The notes below the pieces were generated by a model that was not told the DNA's origin, ran no database searches, and worked only from the letters and a program-made list of their open reading frames with translations. DNA of 64,000 nucleotides from assembly GCA_965222225.1 (NCBI GenBank), contig CBDCTK010000002.1:864001-928000 (forward strand). The letters are read 5' to 3'. This document shows positions 50,553 to 61,501 of the stretch, in pieces. Each line of letters starts with the position of its first letter. The first letter of the stretch is position 1. This DNA is from Candidatus Poribacteria bacterium. GTDB taxonomy: Bacteria; Poribacteria; WGA-4E; JAJDTR01. Position numbers and translations under genes: made by a program.

Positions 50553-51581
50553 TTAAGGTGAAATCGCCACAGGTTTGCCTGACTTTGCACTCTCAATAGC
50601 TCCGAAAACCATCGCAAGGCTCTTGATGTTGTCGGTGCAGACCGTCTCAGGGGTGTTGCCCTTCTGGACACAATCGACAAACTCATGAATCAACCCGGCA
50701 TGGCCGCCGATTCTGGCTGTAGGTTCACGAACCGGGACCTCCAATCCTTCCCATTCGGAATGGGATTCACCAATTGTTGCCTTGGCTCGTCCGCTGAACT
50801 CATCTTCACCGTCCCACTTAATGCTTCCGTTTGAGCCAACGATATGCCAGTCGCTATTCCAGCTCGTCCTGAGACCTTCGGAACACCAACTTCCTCGGTA
50901 CGTATAGACAACACCGCCGGTCATTTCAAAAACGGCAATAGCGGAGGCGCCGTGGTCGTACCATGAACCCAACGGATTCCACTCTTTACAATAGACAGAA
51001 ACCGGATCTTCGCGAGTTATAAACCGAGCAGCATCGAAGGTGTGAATCGCCATATCCAGCAAAAGGGAATGTTCCATACGGTCTCGAAATCCGCCGAAGT
51101 GAGGTCCCATATAGTAGTCACTGTTTAACGTGGTGATTTGCCCGATTTCACCTTCCGCCAAGAAGTGGCGTAGGCGGCGAATCTGTGGGTCATAGCGACG
51201 ATTCTGGATGACGGCGTAGAGTTTGCCGGCATTCTGAGCAGCCGCAAACATCTCACGCGCATTTTCCATGCTGTCCGCCATCGGCTTTTCACCGAGTACA
51301 TGGCAGCCGTGTCTCAATGCTTCGAGCGTTATGTGAACGTGCGTTTCGGGTACAGTGCAATCGAAAACTATATCCGGTGCACTCGTATCTAACACCACTT
51401 TAAGATCCGTCCCGACGATCGCGTCCTCAAGTCCAAATTCTTGGGCACGCTCTAAGGCAGACTGTTCGCGGATATCGACGAGACCGACAATGTCAATCGA
51501 ATCCATCTCTGCGGCAACGCCGAACCATGTACGACTCATGCCACCGCAGCCCGCGACGACTACCTTGAGTTTCTTTTCCAT
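50553..51581 (-). CDS. Gfo/Idh/MocA oxidoreductase
   Basis: AGCGGMS, GEKPMA, QNRRY, DMAIHTFD. Confidence 0.93.
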   Translation of the reverse strand: MEKKLKVVVAGCGGMSRTWFGVAAEMDSIDIVGLVDIREQSALERAQEFGLEDAIVGTDLKVVLDTSAPDIVFDCTVPETHVHITLEALRHGCHVLGEKPMADSMENAREMFAAAQNAGKLYAVIQNRRYDPQIRRLRHFLAEGEIGQITTLNSDYYMGPHFGGFRDRMEHSLLLDMAIHTFDAARFITREDPVSVYCKEWNPLGSWYDHGASAIAVFEMTGGVVYTYRGSWCSEGLRTSWNSDWHIVGSNGSIKWDGEDEFSGRAKATIGESHSEWEGLEVPVREPTARIGGHAGLIHEFVDCVQKGNTPETVCTDNIKSLAMVFGAIESAKSGKPVAISP

Positions 51582-51841
51582 ATTCGACTTTGACTTTTGC
51601 AATTTCAGTGGCCGATAGACCAACCATACCGCCTGCAAGTGGTGGGCTCAAATCCACATTCATCGACGTGTACAATACGCTCCTTGCCACTATCCTGAAT
51701 CAGTTGACGGTATTCGCGCAGAAACTTTCCTCTCTCGAAAGGGTTGCTTTCTTGGTATTTTGAGTATTTTTCTGCTGAATTTCATCTGCTTGAGGTGATA
51801 GCATATCGCACTTGGGGTACCCCAAACAGTTGAGCCCGTTC

Positions 51842-52123
51842 TTATAGAATCGCATCAGGATACTCTTGTACATGACGTTTCAAGACTTGTTTGTCAACTT
51901 TGCGGGTATGCTTCGGCTGAGGTTTGGGCGACAGGTCATCTAACGCTAACCAGTTGTATACTGTCTTACGACTGACTTCAAACCGACGAGCGGCTTCTGC
52001 CTTACTGCCACCCGACTCAACGTAACTCACGACTCGCTTTCTTAAATCTACGCTATAGCTCATAATAGTTCATATAGTAACATACAATCCTAATATGTGT
52101 AAATATGAATCTAAACGACTATA
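51842..52123 (-). mobile_element. Truncated IS630-family element (left end and HTH fragment)
   Basis: MSYSVDLRKRVV..GGSKAEAARRFEVSRKTVYNW..HVQEYPDA, then stop. Terminus TA|TAGTCGTTTAG at 52123-52111 resembles IS630/ISY100-type ends. Confidence 0.85.
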
Positions 52124-52449
52124 ATACCGAATGTGCTATGCAGAACTTTGTAAGTCAGAGCGCTTATACGGCGGGAAAACATGGAATGGACGGTGTCTTG
52201 CGTGTTTTAGCCAAGGAAGTTGGAGCTTACGGGGTCACTGTCAATCAGATCGCTCCGGGCTGGACAATTAGCGACAAAAGCCCCGCCGCTGTATCCGATG
52301 AAGATTATCGAAGCAAAGTGCCGCTTCAACGGCGGGGCACTGCCCAAGAGATTGCCAATGCGGTGCTTTTTCTTGCGTCCGACCTAGCCGGCTACATTAC
52401 CGGCGCGTATATTCCAGTCTGTGGCGGCAATGTGATGCCGGCGATTTGA
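52123..52449 (+). pseudogene. C-terminal half of an SDR oxidoreductase
   Basis: NTECAMQ..YTAGK..NQIAPG..YITGAYIPVCGG; the Rossmann N-terminus is absent and the fragment begins at the IS630 TA junction. Confidence 0.85.
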
Positions 52450-52506
52450 CATAAGCCAGTAATACGTTAGCGTTGATTTGTGTATAGGATTGGTTTTTGT
52501 TTCGTG

Positions 52507-53371
52507 TTATGACCACGAGATACGCCCCCATTCCTCACGTGACGAAACTACCCGCTCAGGGTGTGCACGACTCCGCACAAGGTGACCATTGACGCTCGTA
52601 AGTGTGGCTTGACGAGCATCCTGATAACGAAAATCGGCACTCCATCGAAGTTGTCCCGACTTGTTTTCCTGGCCCTGATGGAATAGTAGATTCTGGAAAA
52701 TGAGGACATCGCCAGGATTGAGTTCTATGTCGACCACCTGTCCTCCGTCAATCATTGGATTGATTAGGTCAAAATCAATGTGGAGGTAGTTGTATGGTGG
52801 TACCGAAACATGCTTGGCAACTCCCAGTTTGTGCGTGCCGGGAATAACCTGCATACAGCCGTTGTGCCTATTGACGGGTTGAAAAGGCGACCAGCAATTC
52901 ATATATCGAAGTTGTGCGTATGCCTCGTCGGAGTGCTCTGATGTTCCGCGCCCCGCGCCAAGATAGCCCGCATCCTGATGCCAGAGACTTTCATACAGTT
53001 TGTTGGGAAAAGCTCGCATGCGTACCACATAAGATTATCATCCGCAATTCATCGCCTAAATAGGATTGCGCCAAATCGAGCATGGGCTGATAGGTGTACA
53101 AATCATAAAACTTTGGTTGATGCAGTTCCGAAGTGAATTGAATAAGTCCCGAATTCGGTTCGTTCTCGAAAAGTTTCTTGAACTGCAGTTCAAACGATTC
53201 GTCCTTAAAGGCGTGCGGGATGTCTCCGTTAGCAACACTCTGCCCGTCGAGCGCATCAACGATGCGCTCGACGGCTACCCGGGCATTGTTCATTAACTCA
53301 ATGGGAATGAAATCACGCAGGATGACGTAGCCATCTTCATCAAATTGTTCCTTGAATGTCTGTGCGTCCAC
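52507..53371 (-). pseudogene. PhyH family dioxygenase split by a frameshift near 53035
   Basis: FDEDGYVILRD..LGDELRM in one frame; WHQD, NGCMQVIPGTH, LFHQG..R in the next. Confidence 0.85.
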
Positions 53372-53630
53372 AATAGAATCTCCTAGGACTAAATGCGTTG
53401 TTGTACTGTTTGGCTAATGAATGATAGCACATACCGTGTGTTTTGCAATCTTTTTCCCAAACGATATTGCAAACCATGGTACGGCTCAATGCCCTCTCTG
53501 GGAATGGATTGAAACTATGAGCAATCTACACTCATTTGCGAGACGATCCCAATCAAGCGTATTCTGACCCCAACCCAATACTAAGAACCTGTTTGAAAAA
53601 GAAAAAAGTTGCCTAGATGGTTGATGTTTA

Positions 53631-53959
53631 GAGCCTGTTTGAAAAGTCCAAATCCGTCTTCGAGAGAGGTCATTTTGGGGAAAACGTCTTGAAAATCCGA
53701 TGCTTTTGGCCATTTGTAGAAAGTTTTCTCATGTTTTCATTGTTGGCTGCTACATACCTATGGGATTGCTATCGCACTCACTATCCGTTCGTTTGATCCC
53801 CACTGGGGCTTAGGTGCACGGGGTTTTGGTGTTTCTATACACCTTACACCTTCATGGATTTCTATCGCAGTCGCTATTCGCTCCCTTGATCCCACTCTGG
53901 GGCTTTTAGAGGCTGGTGCGCAGTGCGCACCCTACAAACTGTACTTTTCAAACAGGCTC
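53631..53959. mobile_element. 329-bp non-autonomous element (MITE) with 17-bp terminal inverted repeats
   Basis: GAGCCTGTTTGAAAAGT (53631-53647) and ACTTTTCAAACAGGCTC (53943-53959), flanked by TA on both sides; no transposase. A related end GAACCTGTTTGAAAAAG lies at 53585-53601. Confidence 0.85.
53915..53935 (-). repeat. GTAG-family REP palindrome
   Basis: GTAG-GGTGCGCA-C-TGCGCACC on the minus strand. Confidence 0.75.
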
Positions 53960-54548
53960 TAAGATTACCATTCACATAAAGATTAAATTTACTTCCATCA
54001 AATGTCCCTACGACATGATACCATTGTCCAGCTTTTGCTAGGGTGCCTGGATCTGCAGAAGCAGCAACTACCCAACCAGGTGACCACTGTCCAAATGCAA
54101 AACCAAATCTTCCTTTTTGAACATTTGAATCGTTTAGATGCCAAAGTGTGTATGCGACCTTGTTAATGGCTTCTCCCGGCCAACCCCTTGCTACAATTGA
54201 CCTTTCTGAAATTATTTCACCTTCAGTTTTGACCCATGCTACAACCGTAATTTCAGTTGTGGGGTTCAAAATCGGATCGTTCCCGCAATCAACGTAATCA
54301 CTCGTGCCATTGAATTCCAAAGCTCTGCCAATCTTCCCGTTAACCCATTTAGCCCCAAAAATCGTCCCGTCGTTGCCATTCCCAGAGGAATCTTCGGCTA
54401 CATCACCACTGCCCTCATCAAAGAGCCACATCCCGACAATGGTTTCGGGGTCTGGTTGGGCATAACTTGAAGCAGTTAACACACCAGCAATAAATAGAAC
54501 AACGACGCCAATCAAAACAAAAATCTCTACACAAAATCTTACTTTCAT
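53960..54548 (-). pseudogene. Secreted LamG-domain protein truncated by the MITE
   Basis: Signal peptide, GMWLFDEGSG..DSSGNGNDG, ALEFNG, WYHVVGTFDG..LYVNGNL, then reads into the TIR (RACLKS). Confidence 0.88.
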
Positions 54549-55049
54549 CTTGTTACGCCTTTCATGTATGTTATGCTTGTATAAATCGACTTAGAAGCCT
54601 TGTACCATCTGGCTTTGCAGGCTTATGGGGTCTTATCTCAGCTTCCCTCCTGTTACCCCTTTTTGATGGTAACGGTTGATCGTCCGAGTTTGGCGAGATA
54701 TTTTGAATATAAGTGCAATAGGTCTTCGGCTTCCGTTTTCATCTTTTTCCTCCAAGAAAGCGGGTGAAAATTTATTGGATGCCATTTTTTCTTTAGATCT
54801 GTCTTTGAATCCGAGAGAGGAAACTGTCCAGAAAGTGGGAAGGAACAAAAGGATGTTTTCCCTGGGCGTTTGATTATATCATCCTATCAAATATTTGATG
54901 CCAGTATTAGATGCAATTTTTCGGCAGGAATTTCAAACGCAAAATGGACGAAAATGGCAAAAGAAAGGTGGCTTAGATGCCCATCATCACTGGGCTTGTG
55001 CCAAAGTCCGAAATATCACACGTTCCTTTCTTTGGGGTATACTTCGAAC

Positions 55050-55388
55050 AACGGCAATCCATACGAGCCTTCTCCGACCTGGGGAACGCTTCCAGGCGGC
55101 ATTAATGGCGGAGGCAACAGGGGCTCTGTCCTGTCTGCGGCCAACTCATCATCAAGGAAACGGGCTGGCACAATCATCATATCCAATGGCGTGTCTATGG
55201 CGGCAGTGACGACCTAGACAACCGGGTGCTGCTGCATCCCAACTGTCACCAACAGGTGCATAGTCCTGATTACGACGGAGTGGTGCTGCGTCCTCACGGG
55301 GACGTTCGAGAGGCTTGAGCGGCTTGAGGTTAAAATCTCACGAGCCGTTCTTGTGCGAGGGAGGCGCAAGCCTCCTGAGCTACCCGGC
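55050..55388 (+). mobile_element. 3' remnant of a group II intron: HNH domain of the intron-encoded protein plus ribozyme domains V and VI
   Basis: Frame 55106-55318 reads WRRQQGLCPVCGQLI..GWHNHHI..GGSDDLDNRVLLHPNCHQQVH. D5 of 34 nt at 55317-55350 (GAGCGGCT-TGAGGT-TAAA-ATCTCA-CG-AGCCGTTC). D6 hairpin GGAGGC-GCAA-GCCTCC, ending CTACCCGGC. Confidence 0.9.
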
Positions 55389-55531
55389 GGGGATATGCAA
55401 AAACCCCCAATTTGGAACCCTCCATAATAAGTTATTGCGCACACGGCAAAAATCAAAACCTGACAGCTTTCGCTGTCCCCTTGTAAACCCTCAAGCGCAA
55501 TTTCCTTTGTCACTAATAATCACCTCGGATT

Positions 55532-55680
55532 TCACCAGGTTATCCGTTCCTTATCTTGCCGTCCACAGCCCAGGTCAATTGTCCAAGTAGCGCAGGTGAC
55601 GACGCTGGCAGCCTCAGAGCATAGGTAAGCGACAAGAGCTGCCACCTCCCGCGGCTCAATAAGCCGCTTGATGTAGCGCC
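55532..55680 (-). pseudogene. C-terminal fragment of an SDR
   Basis: IKRLIEPREVAALVAYLCSEAASVVTCATWTIDLG. Confidence 0.7.
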
Positions 55681-55736
55681 CTTGAGTTCGGTACACTTTC
55701 GGTTGCTGAATGTGAATCATTCGACCCGAGCCAGGA

Positions 55737-57686
55737 TCAGCCGAAAAACGCGTAGAGTCGTGTTCCCGACATAATCCCCAGCAGATTCCAGAAGCAGCCT
55801 ATTGCGTATTCGCCCAGGATGAGGCCAAGGAAAAAAGGGACTGCATTGCGATACGCTTTGAGACCTCCGTACTTGAGGATTACCCATTTGATAATCCAAC
55901 CCACCAGAAACGAGAACCAGATAAGATTAATGAGCCATCCGCTTGTGGATAGGGCATAGCCAACCGGATGTAACGGCCACCACAAAAACCGGGTACGGAG
56001 AAACATCATTATCAAGGAAAAAAAGAGACCAATCCCAATAAAGCCCAGTTCAGGATAGCTCGTGTTGCCAGGATAGCGAAGCCACCGCTCCAGCCGGTTA
56101 AAGGATTCCCATGGAATGCCCACGTATCCCGTAAAACCCGAAGCGACGCCCTCTTCATAGGCAGAATGGAGCCATATCCATAAAGAAGACACAACGCCAA
56201 CTGCAACAGCTATCATAATGGCGGCGGCAAGCCTTCTGGCGTTCATGCCCACCCGTTCCGCCATCTTGAAACCTTCTAATTGATGAGGCATTGGATGACT
56301 TGCCATTGCCCGGTCAGTGAAAAATAGATAAGTCAGCATCATCAGGTTTTTCCCGCCCAGACTCCGTGATCCAAATGCCGCAACAAGGATATTATCTGGC
56401 CCCACCAAATAGAACGAGTGGTTTGGCGGCCCAAGTTCCGCGCGCATCCGCGTGACGGTCGTCGCAAAACCGACCAACAGAGCAAAAAACGGTAACGCTA
56501 TCCAGAAAGACATTCCACCGGCCATACAAAACAGGATCAGAAAAGAGAGTCCCAGAGTAAGTCCTATCAAGGCTGTTCGAGGACTCATTGGCTCTTTTGA
56601 GAAATCGCGTCCTTCTGACGTCTTTGCACCCCCTCGAAATGATTGTATGAAAACGTTCTTCAGATGCTTCCTGGTCAGCCATAATGCAATGAGAAGGAGC
56701 CCAAGCCATCCGCCGGTCGTTTGTTGATAGAGATAGGGGAAACCATGCAACCGGTGCCATCCAAACATACTTGCTATGATGCGTTGCGATTTGGCGAACA
56801 GATAGAAAAACCAAACGGAGAAACACAAATCCAGCGGGATAAAAAACACGAATCCCACAATCCATGGATAAACCGCAACCGGTGTCCATCCGATGGCGTT
56901 CCACGGTTTTTCAGTGAATAAGCTGCTGATGTCTGTTCGTAAACGCAGGTTAGGAACGGCTGGGAAATGGAAATGCAGCGCATTGATCATAGTAATTACT
57001 GCCATTAAACCGAACCCCAATAGGAACAACTTATTTGAAAAGAGCGCATTTCCAGTGCCGTTTCGCGTCATCGCCAAAGGGAGTTGGATGATTGGATATG
57101 ACAGCTTCTCACGCTCTGTCCACTGTTTTCTGACAAGCACGGTGACACACAGAAAGGTAAATATCAGAACCACCGTAAAGATTGACCAGAGCGCCAGAGG
57201 TTTCAACCAGACGTTGATATATTCAGTACGATAAATGCTGGAATCGCCTTCATAGAAACCGCGCAGCGCTGTTTTATCTTTAACCGCCAGCCGATCAGGC
57301 ACGTAGCGCGAAAATAATTCAGACCATTCGTTCTCGGGAGTGGCGTACCAGGAGGCGTGTCCTAGCGAAAGGATGAGGTTCAGAAGGAACTCGTTTCCCG
57401 TCATGCTGGAGCCCATGCATAACATCACGAAGATGGTAAGCAACTCCCCCTGTTTCAACGCCGCTTTAGGAGCTAATCGCTTGCATAATGCGTTGAATCC
57501 CACTAGCATCAACAGAGTGAAGACCACATTAAAGAAAAGGGAAACGCCGGAGGTCAAAGAGGTCCCGCCCGAGCCCGAGATCCCTTCGCCCTGAGCTACC
57601 CAATAACAGTTAGGTGGGATCAAGACAAGCCCTATCACCAGAGCACGGAAAGTGACGCCCGATGAGCTGTTTCCTGGTTTTCCCAT
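55737..57686 (-). CDS. DUF6785/DUF6784-type multi-pass membrane protein (putative transporter)
   Basis: 649 aa with many TM segments; RKQWTEREKLSYPI, TRMRAELG, PMPHQLEGFK, WWPLHPVGY, PFFLGLILG. Confidence 0.75.
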   Translation of the reverse strand: MGKPGNSSSGVTFRALVIGLVLIPPNCYWVAQGEGISGSGGTSLTSGVSLFFNVVFTLLMLVGFNALCKRLAPKAALKQGELLTIFVMLCMGSSMTGNEFLLNLILSLGHASWYATPENEWSELFSRYVPDRLAVKDKTALRGFYEGDSSIYRTEYINVWLKPLALWSIFTVVLIFTFLCVTVLVRKQWTEREKLSYPIIQLPLAMTRNGTGNALFSNKLFLLGFGLMAVITMINALHFHFPAVPNLRLRTDISSLFTEKPWNAIGWTPVAVYPWIVGFVFFIPLDLCFSVWFFYLFAKSQRIIASMFGWHRLHGFPYLYQQTTGGWLGLLLIALWLTRKHLKNVFIQSFRGGAKTSEGRDFSKEPMSPRTALIGLTLGLSFLILFCMAGGMSFWIALPFFALLVGFATTVTRMRAELGPPNHSFYLVGPDNILVAAFGSRSLGGKNLMMLTYLFFTDRAMASHPMPHQLEGFKMAERVGMNARRLAAAIMIAVAVGVVSSLWIWLHSAYEEGVASGFTGYVGIPWESFNRLERWLRYPGNTSYPELGFIGIGLFFSLIMMFLRTRFLWWPLHPVGYALSTSGWLINLIWFSFLVGWIIKWVILKYGGLKAYRNAVPFFLGLILGEYAIGCFWNLLGIMSGTRLYAFFG

Positions 57687-57741
57687 GTTAGAACATCCCT
57701 GATCTCTGCTATGACTGAGTGGTTATATTGTAACTGGGTGC

Positions 57742-58404
57742 CTATTTCAGATCGCCGTTCCGGCTCATCCAGTCTGCAAACGCCTGGAAACGCTCTAAGG
57801 GGACACGGGTCCCATCTGCACCACATCCACCACTGTAATTCGCACGCCGTAGTCTGGGCGTATACAGCTCATCAAGTGCTGATGCAATTCCTTCCACCGG
57901 TCCAGACAGAAATACACTCGCGGGAATTGCTGCAATGATAATCAAGTCTTCGCTGATCACATCCAGGGCTAGCTCCGCAGGTGTATCACCAATTGGCGGC
58001 GCTGTCAGCGCGTGAATACCATCCAAGCCTGAATCCTTAATCTGGTGAAGGAGGTTCTTCACATGTCCGCACATATGAATAATTGCCGTTTTTCCCGCCG
58101 CGTGAATTATGTCAACAAAGTCACACACATGTGGACAGTTATACTTGCGATAGATTTCGGGACTGATATAAAACGTGCTGGTATTCTCGCAAAGGATGAT
58201 GATGTCACAAGGGCCCTGTGCCATTATCTCAAAAGCTTTTAGCTCCCGCTCATGAATCGTGTTAATCAACATTTCCATTTCCTCAGGATGGTCGGAGAGC
58301 AGATAGTAGAAATTCTGCACGCCCATCTCATACTGAAGTAATTGCGGTATGGTGGAGGCTCTCCAAAATCTCGCGGCTATGCAGTCTTCACCTATAATAA
58401 CCAA
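57742..58404 (-). pseudogene. Uroporphyrinogen decarboxylase/methyltransferase-family protein, N-terminally truncated
   Basis: FYYLLSDHPEE, ENTST..ISPEIYRKY, HMCGHV, TAPPIGD; about 220 aa with no canonical start. Confidence 0.7.
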
Positions 58405-58619
58405 TGGTGCTAGTTTGAAATTTGGAGGTTAATAAGCATAACATTCCCTTTTGGCTTTGCTTTAACGCGAAAGGTATCAGGGCATGAGACGATTTCCTCG
58501 ATTCTACCGTTAATTTGAGTATCGGTAGCTATCAAATAACGGGAGGAAATCTAGACTCATGACCATAGTAGATTTTATCACAGAACTGTTTTGTTGTGTT
58601 GATGATAAACTCTCACAGC

Positions 58620-59932
58620 ACGGTAAAAACCATAAGCATAGCCAAGCCAAACTTTACCCGTCATTGTCTTCCGCCAACTCAAAGCCAAAGTCGTCCGGCC
58701 GATGAAATCGTATCGATTCTCGCCGCAGTCATGGCTCATGGTTGTAACATCGGTCCGGATACGATGGCTCAAATCACGCCGGGAATCAGCTACTGGCAAC
58801 TCCAACGGATTACCGACCAATGAAACGCAACGCGGTGCATTGGCAGACGTTGTCAACGCAATTGCACGTCTTGACATCACTTCGGCTTGGGGGGAAGGAA
58901 AAACCAGTTCAAGCGATGGGCAACGTTTTGCTTTTCGGAGAAAAGTGCTCCAGCAAAACTACAGTTACAAATTCAATGACTACGCATTGGAATTCTACTC
59001 GTTCGTTGCTGACAACTACGCCCCATTTTACAGCGTACCTATCGAATGCAATGAGCGAGACGCCCCCTACGTTCTTGATGGGCTTTTGTATAATGAGAGT
59101 GATCTTCAATTAGAAGAACACTATACCGATACCCATGGCTATACAGAGATTAACTTTGCGGCGTTCGCCATGCTTGGCAAACGATTCTGTCCCCGGATTC
59201 GCAAAGTTCAAAAACAGAGAATCTATCGAATCAACACGCATTATGATTATGGGGCAATCGGTCCCCTTGTCAGCCGCGGAGATCGCCAAATAAAGATGGA
59301 CCCAATTGTCGAGACTTGGGATCGCATGGGGCAATTTTACGCCACACTCCAAAGCGGTCATACCACAGCTTCGGTGGCACTCAAACGTTTGAATTCGATG
59401 AGCCGAAAGAACCGATTCTACTTTGCCAACCGCGAGTTGGGACGAATCTTCAAAACCGAGTTCATCTTAGATTACATGTCGCAGCCACCCTTACGCCGCC
59501 AAATTCGCCGGGGTTTGCTGAAAGGAGATCATCTCCATTCACTGGCGAGAGATGTGGCTTTTGCCAAGCGGGGAAGAATCACCAAGCGAGACTTTTATGA
59601 GTTGATGAAAACATGCAGCGGTCTGACGCTGATTCTCGCTTGCATTGTTTACTGGCAGGCAAAAGAAATTGGTCAAGTGATCGCGGAATGTGATCCACAG
59701 AAAAGTGGAATTGATATTTCCTTATTGGAACATGTCAGCCCTGTCGAATGGGAAAATGTGGTTCTCTACGGCGAATACTTCATTGACCGTAACCTGATTC
59801 GATGAAAAAAGAAGAGACTCACATGGCTTTTTTCTCCCGTTTTCTCGTTTTCCCGTTTTCAAAACCGCCACTCGACTCTTATCCGTCCATTGGGCTTAGG
59901 GTATAAATTTACACCAATCTGCCTACTACCTG
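58620..59932 (+). mobile_element. tnpA: Tn3-family transposase C-terminal remnant with degenerate right IR
   Basis: AHGCNIG (frame of 58596-58823), then WGEGKTSSSDGQRF, RDAPYVLDGL, HYTDTHGYTE, ELGRIFKT.F, HVSPVEWENV..G.Y. IR-like CTTAGGGTATAAATTTACACCAATC at 59895. Confidence 0.9.
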
Positions 59933-60338
59933 TTTATGGGAAACGGCGCAGGACAAGTCCCGTGTAAAATGCTCATATTGCAGTTCGAAGGCGGATAATC
60001 CGTAGCGACATTATCATGGTAGTGTGTCAGGTGAGGATCGCACGGTCGTGGGCTTCAGGCATTTGGGCTAGCAATCTGTTGGCGGGCTTCGATAAATGAT
60101 GGGGATGAAATATTGGCACAGAAAAGGCATCTTTGACGACTGCCAAAGACGCCCTCAACCCAGATGTGGTGCGAGTTTGCGCGATTCTGGATGACGCTAC
60201 GGCGCTTAGATCTCTGCGCCAGTTTCAAAAACCCAAACGCGGTGGGTATCGACCTCGAAGAAGAAACACGACATGACTGTGTTCCCGCACTTTTGTCCGA
60301 CATTCAACTTGCTACGGAATCATTGCAAAATCGTTGCA

Positions 60339-60475
60339 TCATTCCAGCACACACCATGTGGCTCTTACCTTACCTTCCTTTTTCACCGCTACCTTGTTTA
60401 CCAAGTCAGTTAAATCTCGATAGGCCGCCATTCGGTCAATGTTAAACAACTCGCGATACATTTTAACGTTGACTT
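60339..60475 (-). pseudogene. Orphan winged-HTH fragment (C-terminal type found on Fic/ATP-binding proteins)
   Basis: NVKMYRELFNIDRMAAYRDLTDLVNK..KKEGK.RAT; short and degenerate. Confidence 0.45.
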
Positions 60476-60614
60476 CAACACACGTTGGTGCTGTACCCCG
60501 TATACAGCTAGTGCCGTCGCAGGCAAATTGACGGCTTCGTAGTGACGAATTTACTCGTTCCATGAACGACTGAAGTCGTCACTACAAAGTTGACAGCGTA
60601 GAGCCCCCGTAAAG

Positions 60615-60818
60615 CTATTGCCCGCCGGTCACATCAATGGTCACGCCGGTGACATAATCGGCGTCGGACGAGGCAAGAAAGCAGATCGCCTTGGCCTGGT
60701 CCTCTGGCAGGGCGACGCACCCTAAGGGCGTATTGGCAAGATACGCCTGCCGTTCCGCCTCAGACATCTGTTCCCAACGCGGGTTAATCCGCTCACTCAA
60801 GGTCGTGCCGGGTGCGAC
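60615..60818 (-). pseudogene. C-terminal fragment of an SDR
   Basis: VAPGTTLSERI..TPLG..PEDQAKAICFLAS..YVTGVTIDVTGG. Confidence 0.8.
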
Positions 60819-61501
60819 GTGAAGTGCAGCAGCATGCCGACCGGGTTGCCATTTTCACCGGTGGCCTGGTGGAGGAGACCAACCTCCGGGTCAATGGGCC
60901 CTTCCGTGTATAGCACGTTGTCACGGCCGCAGTGGGCGTGCGTGTCGGTGATTCCCTCGCGTGTGACGAATCGTCGGTCGATTGAAGGATACTCGTGTCT
61001 CGATGCCCCGGGCGGCGGAACGCGTGACCGGTTGTATCGCGGCAACTGCGTGTCCGATCACCTGGAGACTCTTTTCCACCGCAGTCGGCGTATATTCCGG
61101 TGTACTTCCCCGCAGCCACGCATGTTCGGGCGGAATGATGGGGTGTTATCGTCCGCGCAGAAGTGATTGCCGAGCGACGGCGCGGAGTGCGTCTGGGTCG
61201 TGTGGACCATGACGGCGCGCCGGTCGAATCCGAAGCGTTCGGCGGAGCCATCGCGGATGCGGTCCGCCCACTCGTGGCCGATGCCGAGCAGATCGAGAAC
61301 GAGGACACAGAGTTTTGCGCCCTCGTTCTCGAATACCGCGGCGCGAGCGAAGATTGGCTCACGGATTTCCTCGGTTGGGCGCGGTCGGCCGATGTCACCG
61401 GCGATCTGTGTGCCCAAGGGAGGGCTGATGTCGATTTCGGCGAACCCTGCGAGTACGTGCTCGGAAGCGGTCACGGCATTTTCCCGCGCAGGATCGGGCA
61501 T
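60797..61501 (-). pseudogene. Neutral/alkaline ceramidase-like hydrolase, frameshifted and truncated
   Basis: AGFAEIDISP..EPIFARA..HTTQTHSAP, then NRRF and EGPIDPEV..LLHFTSHP in other frames. Confidence 0.75.

Noticed and set aside
54870-55217. ORFs of 104 and 115 aa as an IS transposase
   Set aside because: The recognisable signal is in the third frame and belongs to the group II intron HNH domain.
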